Below, in pieces: positions 56,486 through 64,000 of a stretch of 64,000 nt of DNA. The notes under the pieces are model-generated. The model saw only the letters and a list, made by a program, of their open reading frames with translations. It was not told where the DNA came from and ran no database searches. Origin of the DNA: a virus (Duplodnaviria > Heunggongvirae > Uroviricota > Caudoviricetes). Numbering within the stretch: the first letter of the stretch is position 1; the number at the start of each line of letters is the position of its first letter. Made by a program: the position numbers and the translations under genes. Where the stretch lies: the IMG/VR virus record IMGVR_UViG_3300027776_000001, positions 23,746 to 87,745 of that record; one strand, written 5' to 3'.

Positions 56486-57411
56486 TGCCAAAAGCAATCA
56501 TTACAATTGGTGTGTCAGCATCAGGTAAGTCTGCATGGGCCGATGAATTTGTCAAGACCAACAAGGACTATGTCAAAATTGAACACGATGAATTGCGTAA
56601 AGTAATCCTGTTGGAACAAGGAATAGACATTGGTGACGGTAATATCTGGCGTTTCTACGATTTCCGTAAGCATGAAGCTGCTACTCAGCGGTTGGCTGAT
56701 ACTGAGCTTGACCTGCATCTGCAGTATCAGAATTACAACCTTATCTTCTCTGACACCAACCTGAATCCAAAGTATCGTAACCAACTGGTTGACAAGCTTC
56801 AACGAGCAGGGTATGATGTGGAAATTAAAGAGTTCCCTATCACATTTGAAGAGGCTGTCAAGCGTAATGCCAAGCGTCAGCATGCTGTCGATAAGGAAGT
56901 GCTTTACAAGCAGTGGCAACGTTGGATTGATTATTTGAAGAGCAAGGGTGAATTCCCTAATGGGGCACTCATCCAGTCTCCAACTCCTCTTCATCATGCA
57001 GTATTGCTAGACATGGAGGGGACAATTGCTCTTCACACTTCTGGTCGCAGTCCTTTTGACGAAGATCGTGTGCATGAAGATAGTTGTGATTTGATTGTTA
57101 AGCATGTGATTGAAGGGTTGGATGCAAAGGGCTATACAATCATTGTCATGTCTGGTCGTACAGAAGGGTGCAAAGAAGCTACAGAAGAGTGGCTTCAGTA
57201 TTACGGCATTCCTTATGATGAAATTCACATGCGTAAGGTGGAGGATACACGAAGGGATTTTGAAGTAAAGAAAGACTTGTTTGTTGAGCATGTTCTCGGC
57301 AAGTTTCATGTGTATGCCGTGTTTGATGATCGGCCTCAAGTTGTAAGGCTGTGGCACGATCTTGGTATTAACAAAGTGTTTTGTGTTGGCAACCCTTGGG
57401 TGGAGTTCTGA
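56485..57411 (+). CDS. polynucleotide kinase-3'-phosphatase (T4 Pnkp-like)
   Basis: N-terminal P-loop GVSASGKS; C-terminal HAD-like LLDMEGTIA (DxDGT-type) phosphatase motif. Confidence 0.7.
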   Translation: MPKAIITIGVSASGKSAWADEFVKTNKDYVKIEHDELRKVILLEQGIDIGDGNIWRFYDFRKHEAATQRLADTELDLHLQYQNYNLIFSDTNLNPKYRNQLVDKLQRAGYDVEIKEFPITFEEAVKRNAKRQHAVDKEVLYKQWQRWIDYLKSKGEFPNGALIQSPTPLHHAVLLDMEGTIALHTSGRSPFDEDRVHEDSCDLIVKHVIEGLDAKGYTIIVMSGRTEGCKEATEEWLQYYGIPYDEIHMRKVEDTRRDFEVKKDLFVEHVLGKFHVYAVFDDRPQVVRLWHDLGINKVFCVGNPWVEF

Positions 57412-57635
57412 TCATGAAAGAACCTTTTGTCTATGAAGATCATAAGTTTATAAAGACAAAAGTGTTCGCTTGGATGTATTGTGCCAAATGTGGACTACTA
57501 ACATTGAAGAATGAGTTTTCCATATTTGCACAGAAGCAAGGATGTAATTGGAAGGATCATCCAAGGTACGAATTTGAACGATCCAAGACAGGAATTAACT
57601 ACAGGAAAACCTGACAGAATGTAAAGGAGATTTAA

Positions 57636-57815
57636 ATGGACAGAGCTAATGCAGTAAGTGAGATTGCTGGTCTGATTGAGGAAGCTAAGCAGAAGATGCG
57701 AGCAGCTAAAGAACTGGCTGATATTCACGATGTATATTTTAGCATTGACGATTTCAGCGCTGAACTGTATGATGAATGGTATTCCAGTGATGACTGGAAC
57801 AGCAGCAACTGTTAA
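57636..57815 (+). CDS. small protein family Y member (59 aa; C-terminal DEWYSSDDWNSSNC)
   Basis: ATG 57636 with AAGGAGA RBS; below ORF-track size cutoff; shares LIEEA..LADIHDVYF core with neighbors. Confidence 0.4.
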   Translation: MDRANAVSEIAGLIEEAKQKMRAAKELADIHDVYFSIDDFSAELYDEWYSSDDWNSSNC

Positions 57816-57827
57816 TAGGAGAAAATA

Positions 57828-58112
57828 ATGGACAAGAAACAAGCTATGGCTGAAATAAGTGCTCTCATTGAAGAGGCTGGCAAGGCTTATGATCAAATTC
57901 TGGCAAAAGCTAAGAACATCGCTGATAAGCATGCCATCATCTTCTATGCCGGTGAATATGGTTTGGATGGTAGATACTACGTCCCCAAAACCACACCTGA
58001 GAAGATTGTGAAGGCTGCTATGGAAGAAGGCTCGTTGGAGTATTTTCTCGGCTCTAACGACTCTGCTGAAACTTATGCTGGTGAGTGGATCAGCAGCAGC
58101 TCACTGTGTTAA
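57828..58112 (+). CDS. small protein family Y member (C-terminal WISSSSLC)
   Basis: 94 aa; ISALIEEAGKAY..NIADKHAIIFYAGEYG. Confidence 0.4.
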   Translation: MDKKQAMAEISALIEEAGKAYDQILAKAKNIADKHAIIFYAGEYGLDGRYYVPKTTPEKIVKAAMEEGSLEYFLGSNDSAETYAGEWISSSSLC

Positions 58113-58121
58113 GGAGGTAAT

Positions 58122-58361
58122 ATGGAAAAGCAAGAAGTCGTAAAAAAGATTCGTGAGATTTGCATCGACGCAGATAGGCTGTATGATGAGAAGCTGGCAG
58201 AAGCTGAAGCACTGGCTGATCAGTACGGTGTTGAGTTTTCTGTTGGCGATTACGGCTATGGTCGTACCTATTACCCCAACAACGACAAATGGCGGGCGGA
58301 AAATCCTAAAGTTGAGGGGTGGTACGGTCTTGATAACGACTCCCGCTGGTATCCAAAGTAA
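58122..58361 (+). CDS. small protein family Y member (divergent C-terminus)
   Basis: 79 aa; ALADQYGVEFSVGDYGYG. Confidence 0.4.
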   Translation: MEKQEVVKKIREICIDADRLYDEKLAEAEALADQYGVEFSVGDYGYGRTYYPNNDKWRAENPKVEGWYGLDNDSRWYPK

Positions 58362-58440
58362 TCCTGCCAAGCTACCATCATATCCAGAAGGATCAGGTGT
58401 TTTGGCAGGGCCATTGTTAAACGAAAAGGAGAAAATTGAA

Positions 58441-58830
58441 ATGAGTGAAATTATTATCGATGGTGTAAGCATCACTAAACTGGCAGCCTCCCAGCAGCAT
58501 CTGAAAAAGCACGGCAATGAATATATCTCTCAACAGCTTAAGGTGGCTGAAAGTATTATCAGCAACTTGGAAGAGATTACTGAGGACAAGGCAAAAGAAC
58601 TGTTGACAGCTTTGGAGAACACTGTTACAGTGAGTAGTGCGTTGGGTATTGAGTACTATATTCCTTGGAATGGTGAGTACGAAAGCACATGGCTGAGCAA
58701 GTGGGGAGACTTCTCTTATGATGAGGATAATCACCCCACTGTTCCAGAAGATATTTGTGATAGTGTATTTGGTGTTCTGGAAGACATGACTTCTACAAAC
58801 TACCAATGGCACAATAGCAATTGCTACTAA
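58441..58830 (+). CDS. small protein family Y-related (C-terminal QWHNSNCY)
   Basis: internal ATG 58441 with AAAGGAGAAAA RBS; 129 aa. Confidence 0.35.
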   Translation: MSEIIIDGVSITKLAASQQHLKKHGNEYISQQLKVAESIISNLEEITEDKAKELLTALENTVTVSSALGIEYYIPWNGEYESTWLSKWGDFSYDEDNHPTVPEDICDSVFGVLEDMTSTNYQWHNSNCY

Positions 58831-58842
58831 TTTAAGGAGAGC

Positions 58843-59784
58843 TTGATGAATGATTTTGCAATTGTTGGCAGTCGTAGCAAAGGAAATTGTGTAGCGACAC
58901 ACCGCCCGGCTTCTATTGATATGGACGTTATTTGCTCGTTTGACAATTGGAATTCATTCGTCAAGCGGCAAGCTCAACGTAAGGAGCTTGTACGTGCTGT
59001 CCCATTGTCTGGAACCAAGATGATGATGGAACTGAAACGTAATGACTGGGATGGGATACAGATTTATGAGGCAGAGGTGTGGTATAGTGAAGATGATCAT
59101 GCTTACAGGCTCTTCGACTATATTAAGCGTAACCATGAAGAAGAAGTAAGCGTGAGTACTGATACAACGGTCTACCATGCCAATTTAGACACGCTCTATA
59201 TGATGAAGATGAGCCACCGCTTCCTGAAGAACAGTCCTCACTTCCAGAAGACTCGCAAGGATATCTTGGCTCTCCGTGAAGCTGGTGCCAAGGAACCTGA
59301 AGGAGAATTGCTAGAGCTGTTTAAGGAACGTGAAGACCTCACCTATGTCTACAAGCATCCAAAGCTGAATGTAAGCAAGAAGGAGTTCTTTACAGATGAT
59401 GTTCCTTATGTTTATGACCATGACAGTATTCATCGTGCTGTCGCCATTGGTAGTACTCCTGCTTATACTCACTTTACTACAGGTGAAGTGATGTTCAGTA
59501 ATAAGCTGTTTAACGAAGCCCCGAAGGCTTTGAAACTTTTGTCTGGACTCGAAGAAGCAATGGTGCTGGCGTTGGAACGTTCTATTGTACCTTTCACCAC
59601 AGACCCGACTGCAGCATTTAAGATAGCTTTGGAGAAGGTATGTACTAGCATTACTAGTGGAGATTTTCGTAACTTCTGTTGGGAGAATTACGATACCATC
59701 ATGGCTATGTTTGACCCAGAGGGTATGATGAATTCCTTCAAACAGGGGTTGGCTAATGGTACTGTTACAGTACATAATAAATAA
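58843..59784 (+). CDS. hypothetical protein
   Basis: 313 aa ORF. Confidence 0.35.
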   Translation: MMNDFAIVGSRSKGNCVATHRPASIDMDVICSFDNWNSFVKRQAQRKELVRAVPLSGTKMMMELKRNDWDGIQIYEAEVWYSEDDHAYRLFDYIKRNHEEEVSVSTDTTVYHANLDTLYMMKMSHRFLKNSPHFQKTRKDILALREAGAKEPEGELLELFKEREDLTYVYKHPKLNVSKKEFFTDDVPYVYDHDSIHRAVAIGSTPAYTHFTTGEVMFSNKLFNEAPKALKLLSGLEEAMVLALERSIVPFTTDPTAAFKIALEKVCTSITSGDFRNFCWENYDTIMAMFDPEGMMNSFKQGLANGTVTVHNK

Positions 59785-59793
59785 GGAGTAAAC

Positions 59794-60051
59794 ATGCTAT
59801 TAATACTAACTTTTATTGTTTTGTATCTTGTTCCTGTGGCTTCTATCATTCACTGTGCTAGGGAAATGTATAAGAATCAGGACTGTGCAAGGCAGTTCGG
59901 TGTCCGAAGAAACGAGGATATGTTTGCTTTACTCCTCTTTGGCGTCATGCCTGTTGTCAACATAATTCTATCACTTCACATGCTAGCATTGCTCCCTACA
60001 GGACGTCCTGCGAAGTATTTCAAGAATGCTTCTTGGAATAAGGAGGATTAA
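59794..60051 (+). CDS. hypothetical two-TM membrane protein
   Basis: 85 aa. Confidence 0.35.
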   Translation: MLLILTFIVLYLVPVASIIHCAREMYKNQDCARQFGVRRNEDMFALLLFGVMPVVNIILSLHMLALLPTGRPAKYFKNASWNKED

Positions 60052-60053
60052 TC

Positions 60054-61103
60054 ATGGGCGGTAATGCTCTGAAAATAGCGGTTACACGCCGCTTTAATTC
60101 ACCAGAATTCAATGCTACGGTGGATAGAATCTTGGAAGAGTTGCAGAAGAAAGATATTGATTGCCGGCTGATCCTCTCCTATGAGGAGAAGGAAACCTTC
60201 GGTGATGCTGACATTCTTCTGCGAGCATCTACGATTCCTAACAACTTTAAGCAATATCTGCAGGAGACATTTTCTCCTACTGAAATAGTACAGAATGGTA
60301 GCGTCTACTCTATTGATATTGAGGAACTGCAGACAGACTTTATCATCTGCTCTGACAAGGACTATGACTCTAGCTTCTATTACTACGCATACAACGACCT
60401 TGGGAATCTTCTAGGCAGAATTGCCCACAAGATGGGATTTAAGCTAGGTCATAATGGTCTTTCAATTATTGTTAAGGAAGGTGATTATGTTATCAAAGAA
60501 GTCGAAATTGAGAAAGACTGGTATAAAATTCTGGAATTCCTTGATCTTGATTGTTTGCGTTACGCTTGTGGCTTTCGCACAAAAGAAGAAATCTTCGAGT
60601 ACGTTGCATCAAGCAAGTTCTTCAACAAGCAAATCTACCAATTAGACAATCGCAACCACAAGAGTCGTATTCGTGATCGTAAACGTTCAACGTACAATGA
60701 GTTCTTGGATTGGCTTAGCTGGCAAGAGAACCTGCCAAATGCCTATCTTTGGCCTTCGATGCAAGAGCAAGGTGGTCGTAGGCTGACAGATGAAATCCTA
60801 AGCTATGCTGAAGATTTCTTCCCCGGCATTGTGGACAATGTTCTGGAGCTGTACCGTATCCGTGGAATCACTGTAGCAAGCCACGCCAAGTGGAATGGTG
60901 ACATTCTCATGTCTCGCTGGCCCTACAGAGCCAAGGAGCTTGGTAACTTCATTGCTAAGTGCAAGAAAAATATCTCCGATAAGGCATTGACGGATGAGGG
61001 TTTACATGATACAATACTCCGTTTAACAGATGAAGAGCTACAAGAGGTAGAGCGTGAAGCAAACAGAGAGTTCGTATCCAGTAGGGAAACGTCCATGTCC
61101 TAA
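60054..61103 (+). CDS. hypothetical protein, possible pol-beta-fold nucleotidyltransferase
   Basis: 349 aa; LILSYEEKETFGDADILL and TDFIICSD resemble S-x9-DxD plus third acidic residue of NTase fold (weak). Confidence 0.3.
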   Translation: MGGNALKIAVTRRFNSPEFNATVDRILEELQKKDIDCRLILSYEEKETFGDADILLRASTIPNNFKQYLQETFSPTEIVQNGSVYSIDIEELQTDFIICSDKDYDSSFYYYAYNDLGNLLGRIAHKMGFKLGHNGLSIIVKEGDYVIKEVEIEKDWYKILEFLDLDCLRYACGFRTKEEIFEYVASSKFFNKQIYQLDNRNHKSRIRDRKRSTYNEFLDWLSWQENLPNAYLWPSMQEQGGRRLTDEILSYAEDFFPGIVDNVLELYRIRGITVASHAKWNGDILMSRWPYRAKELGNFIAKCKKNISDKALTDEGLHDTILRLTDEELQEVEREANREFVSSRETSMS

Positions 61104-62799
61104 GTGCCGTGCCAAGGGTAAGGATCGCTCAGGCGACAACCTAGTCTTGTATAGCAATCGTACCGCCTACTGTTTTTCCTGCGAGTACTATGTAGGGAAT
61201 TCAGGAAGCGGTGGCATGGAATTTGATGAAGAAGTGGAGAAAGAAGTGAGTACCAAAGAGGCCATCACACCAGAAGAAAATGATATCATAAAGGAAACCA
61301 CTACGATTGTAGACTTCCGTGGTATTAGAAAAGACACTGCCAAATTCTTTGGTGTTCGTTATGAAATGAACACAGAGACTGGCGAGATTGCAAGACAACT
61401 CTACCCTACCACAATTGGTGGGAAATTAGTAGGGTACAAATCCAGAGACATGCCGAAGGACTTCTCAAGACCAATTGGTATTGTAGGTAAGGAATGTGAC
61501 CTAGCAGGACAGCATAGATTCCGAACTGGCGGAAGAATGGTAATGATTGTTGGCGGAGAAATAGATGCTCTGTCAGCTTACCAGATGCTGAAAGACAACC
61601 AGACTCGCCGTGGTAAGGATGAATACGAGTCTGTAGCTGTGGTTAGTAGCACAGTGGGCGAGAAGTCAGGTTGGAGACAAGTACAGAAGCAGTATAACTT
61701 CTTTGATTCCTTTGAGAAGATTATTATTGCTCTAGATAACGACGAAGCAGGACGAGAAGCAACAGAGAAGTATATCGAAGCTCTCCCTCGCGGAAAAGTG
61801 TTTGTTGTCAATTGGCGCTATAAAGACCCTAACAAATACCTGACAGATGGTAAAGAAGCAGAGTTTATCCAAGACTTTTGGAAAATGCGAAAGGCTACTC
61901 CTGCTGGTGTTACTGCGATTGATGATCTTTATAATAAAATCATTGAACGCGCATCAACAGATAAGGTAGCATTTCCTCCATTTTTAGAAGCATTAAACAG
62001 AATGCTCGCTGGCGGGGTTCCTCAAGGTTACTTGGTGAACATTGTTGCAGGCAGTGGTAGCGGTAAAACTACGGTCATTAATGAGATTATCTCTGATATG
62101 ATTTTTCATTGCCCATACAAAGTAGGAGTAGTTTCACTTGAAGCAGATGCTGGTGAGTGGGGTGAAAATCTTCTTTCCCGTTATATTGGTAAAAAGATTG
62201 CGCTAATCCCTACTAAAGAAGAGAAACTGGCATTCCTGAATCAAGAAGATATTAAGGCCAAGGCTGAGGAGCTTTTCAAATCACCAGATGGTGATTCTAA
62301 GCTGTTTCTGTTAGATGATCGAGGAGATTTTGAGAGCATCCAAGATAAAATTGAGGAAATGATCATTAGTAGTGGTGTTAAGGTAATCATTATTGACCCT
62401 GCTAGTGACTTGTTCGCAGGTAATACGAATGAGCAAGTAGAAGAGTTCATGGCTTGGGAGAAGAAGATTGCCAAGGCCTACGGTGTCATTATCTTTAATA
62501 TTATGCACGCTCGTAAAACAGGCTCAGGAGAGAAATCATATTCACAAGGTGGTATGATGACAGAAGAAAGCATCCAAGGCTCGTCTAGTCAATATAAGTC
62601 TGCCGGTATTATTATATTGATGGGTAGAGATAAGTTGGCTGAGGATGAGGTGGAACGTAATACTCTACATATTTTCTTGTCAAAGAACCGTGCATGTGGA
62701 TTGACAGGAAAGGTGTGTGAACTGTACTATGATAACGCAACACACAAGCTTTGGGATAAGGAGGAGTATTTTGCAACACACGGGCCAACTGAATTCTAG
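61054..62799 (+). CDS. DNA primase/helicase (T7 gp4-like: zinc-binding domain, TOPRIM, DnaB-like helicase)
   Basis: CPKCRAKG...CFSCEYY zinc ribbon; MVMIVGGEIDALSAYQ..ALDNDEAGREA TOPRIM; Walker A NIVAGSGSGKTT; apparent GTG start overlapping upstream gene by 50 nt. Confidence 0.8.
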   Translation: MKQTESSYPVGKRPCPKCRAKGKDRSGDNLVLYSNRTAYCFSCEYYVGNSGSGGMEFDEEVEKEVSTKEAITPEENDIIKETTTIVDFRGIRKDTAKFFGVRYEMNTETGEIARQLYPTTIGGKLVGYKSRDMPKDFSRPIGIVGKECDLAGQHRFRTGGRMVMIVGGEIDALSAYQMLKDNQTRRGKDEYESVAVVSSTVGEKSGWRQVQKQYNFFDSFEKIIIALDNDEAGREATEKYIEALPRGKVFVVNWRYKDPNKYLTDGKEAEFIQDFWKMRKATPAGVTAIDDLYNKIIERASTDKVAFPPFLEALNRMLAGGVPQGYLVNIVAGSGSGKTTVINEIISDMIFHCPYKVGVVSLEADAGEWGENLLSRYIGKKIALIPTKEEKLAFLNQEDIKAKAEELFKSPDGDSKLFLLDDRGDFESIQDKIEEMIISSGVKVIIIDPASDLFAGNTNEQVEEFMAWEKKIAKAYGVIIFNIMHARKTGSGEKSYSQGGMMTEESIQGSSSQYKSAGIIILMGRDKLAEDEVERNTLHIFLSKNRACGLTGKVCELYYDNATHKLWDKEEYFATHGPTEF

Positions 62800-63346
62800 G
62801 ACAATTTTCGGAATTGGTGTCAACGATGTACCAGATGCTATAGGATCAAAACTATATACAGTTTGGTCTTCCATGTTGAGGAGGTGCTATTCTGAAATTT
62901 ACCAGAAGAATAAGCCCAGTTACAAGGAATTTAGTGTCTGTGAACAATGGCTAAAATTGTCAGGTTTTCGTGAGTGGTTCATAGACAACTATTTAGAAGG
63001 TTTTGAGCTGGATAAGGACATTCTTATTCCAACTGCCAGAATATACTCACCTGAAACTTGTTGTTTTGTTCCAAGGGAAGTTAATAGTTTGTTGATAGCC
63101 CGAAATGGAAAGGGAGGTAAGCTTGGTGTTTACTACAAAACTAAAAACAAAGCTTGGTGTGCTCAGGTTCAAAATCCGATAACTAAAAAGAACCAGTACC
63201 TCGGGCTTTTCCTTGATGAGCACAGCGCCAGTCAGGCCTACTACAAGGCCAAACAAATAATTCTTGATCATTACGCAGATAAGTACAATGAGGTACTACC
63301 TGCTAAAGTCACAGAATCTTTGAGAAAATACTTTAAGGAGTTTTAA
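62717..63346 (+). CDS. AP2-domain putative homing endonuclease (paralog of 15353..15889 and 51350..51988)
   Basis: WSSMLRRC motif; AP2-like GVYYKTKNKAWCAQVQ...YLGLFLDEHSASQAY; start uncertain (overlaps primase-helicase end). Confidence 0.45.
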   Translation: MNCTMITQHTSFGIRRSILQHTGQLNSRTIFGIGVNDVPDAIGSKLYTVWSSMLRRCYSEIYQKNKPSYKEFSVCEQWLKLSGFREWFIDNYLEGFELDKDILIPTARIYSPETCCFVPREVNSLLIARNGKGGKLGVYYKTKNKAWCAQVQNPITKKNQYLGLFLDEHSASQAYYKAKQIILDHYADKYNEVLPAKVTESLRKYFKEF

Positions 63347-63347
63347 C

Positions 63348-63554
63348 ATGACACGGATTGTTTATTCTGCAGTGGAAGAACTAGAAAGGAATCCTCGATA
63401 TCAGCAACTGATAAAGGACTCTAACAAATTATTTCGTTTCACTTTCAATGGAAAGACTGACTACGAGATATTTGCTGAAGGGTTCTTTGCAGGGTGTAGA
63501 GCCTACGAAAGGCTTATGAGCAAGACAAGCAAGGAGGTTACTTCAGATGATTAA
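63348..63554 (+). CDS. hypothetical protein
   Basis: 68 aa ORF. Confidence 0.35.
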   Translation: MTRIVYSAVEELERNPRYQQLIKDSNKLFRFTFNGKTDYEIFAEGFFAGCRAYERLMSKTSKEVTSDD

Positions 63555-63732
63555 ATATCAACACAGCTACGCTGCTTTCCCTAAAGTTATTGTAGTTGAA
63601 TCGGAAAAGTATGCAGAGGATAATGTATTTAGTGATCAATCCTATCACAAACGGGATGTAGAAGATGCGTTTCAGGCTGGTGTGAAGTGGGCACTTGAAC
63701 AAATAGAGAATGGGAACATTCAATTAGACTAG
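63547..63732 (+). CDS. hypothetical protein
   Basis: 61 aa ORF. Confidence 0.35.
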   Translation: MIKYQHSYAAFPKVIVVESEKYAEDNVFSDQSYHKRDVEDAFQAGVKWALEQIENGNIQLD

Positions 63733-63740
63733 GAGAAGCT

Positions 63741-64000
63741 ATGAAAACTACTGGAATAACGTATGAAATTTTAAATGAATGGTTTTACTACGACCCCAGT
63801 AGTCCTAGTTTTCTACGCTGGAAACGTGATGTGTCGAATGGCAGGTATAACCGTTGTCTAGCAAAAGACATTACTGGAAGCCTAGCTAGAAATAAAAACG
63901 GGTATAATTACTGGCTAGTTACGTTGTTTGGTATTAGGTTGAAGGCACATAGAGTAGTCTGGATGTTGCACAACAAGCAAACTTTAGACAGATTTACATA
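63741..64000 (+). CDS. HNH homing endonuclease, N-terminal fragment (continues beyond window)
   Basis: FYYDPSSPSFLRWKRD matches N-terminal motif of 36860..37435 and 47927..48466. Confidence 0.5.
   Translation, partial: MKTTGITYEILNEWFYYDPSSPSFLRWKRDVSNGRYNRCLAKDITGSLARNKNGYNYWLVTLFGIRLKAHRVVWMLHNKQTLDRFT

Noticed and set aside
1-64000. CRISPR arrays, integrase/attachment sites, lysogeny repressor
   Set aside because: No regularly spaced direct repeats with unique spacers were seen. No tyrosine or serine recombinase motifs or CI-like repressor were recognised in this window. The wHTH protein at 27043-27399 is too small and uncharacterised to call a repressor.

Overview
This window is a fragment of a tailed dsDNA phage genome, about 40-42% GC, with siphovirus-type morphogenesis genes. 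The phage is not identified.

Layout:
- 1-17955 (minus strand): a virion-morphogenesis block. Left to right: tape measure protein (truncated at the window start), two chaperone-like ORFs, a homing endonuclease, major-tail-like protein, small head-tail proteins, major capsid protein, gpD-like decoration protein, scaffold, S49/ClpP-like prohead protease, portal, large terminase, an AP2-type homing endonuclease, a cluster of 8 tRNA genes, a possible small terminase, and a beta-rich structural protein.
- 17988-18140: a divergent sigma70-type promoter region.
- 18276-23811 (plus strand): early genes, including PhoH, a second ClpP-like protease and an HD (p)ppGpp-hydrolase-like protein.
- 23860-24790: a repeat-rich non-coding region with two palindromic operator-like sites, short iterons and a CA-rich, G-poor tract.
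- 24794-30446 (minus strand): an island of small genes, including a Cys-rich protein, a possible degenerate kinase-fold protein, a wHTH regulator and paralog families.
- 30470-31170: a 700-bp non-coding region.
- 31170-41885 (minus strand): a DUF2493/SLOG-like protein, a GIY-YIG protein, a DUF932-like protein, and a PRPP-synthetase-like gene next to a NAMPT-like gene. The NAMPT-like gene is physically split by an HNH homing endonuclease gene, and another HNH-AP2 endonuclease sits between the two pathway genes. The pair looks like a NARP1-type phage NAD+ reconstitution module.
- 42039-64000 (plus strand): DNA repair and nucleotide metabolism genes. These include a T4 endonuclease V homolog, an SPFH lipoprotein, a SleB-like cell wall hydrolase, thioredoxin, ThyX, an LMW-PTP-like protein, Rnl2-like RNA ligase plus Pnkp, and a T7 gp4-like primase-helicase. 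A five-member family of small proteins with W-x-S-S-x-C C-termini is also here.

About 11-12 homing-endonuclease-like genes occur in 64 kb. No integrase, repressor or CRISPR array was seen.

Coordinates taken from the ORF track are reliable. Coordinates I derived by hand (tRNAs, promoters, terminators, internal starts) may be off by a few nt.
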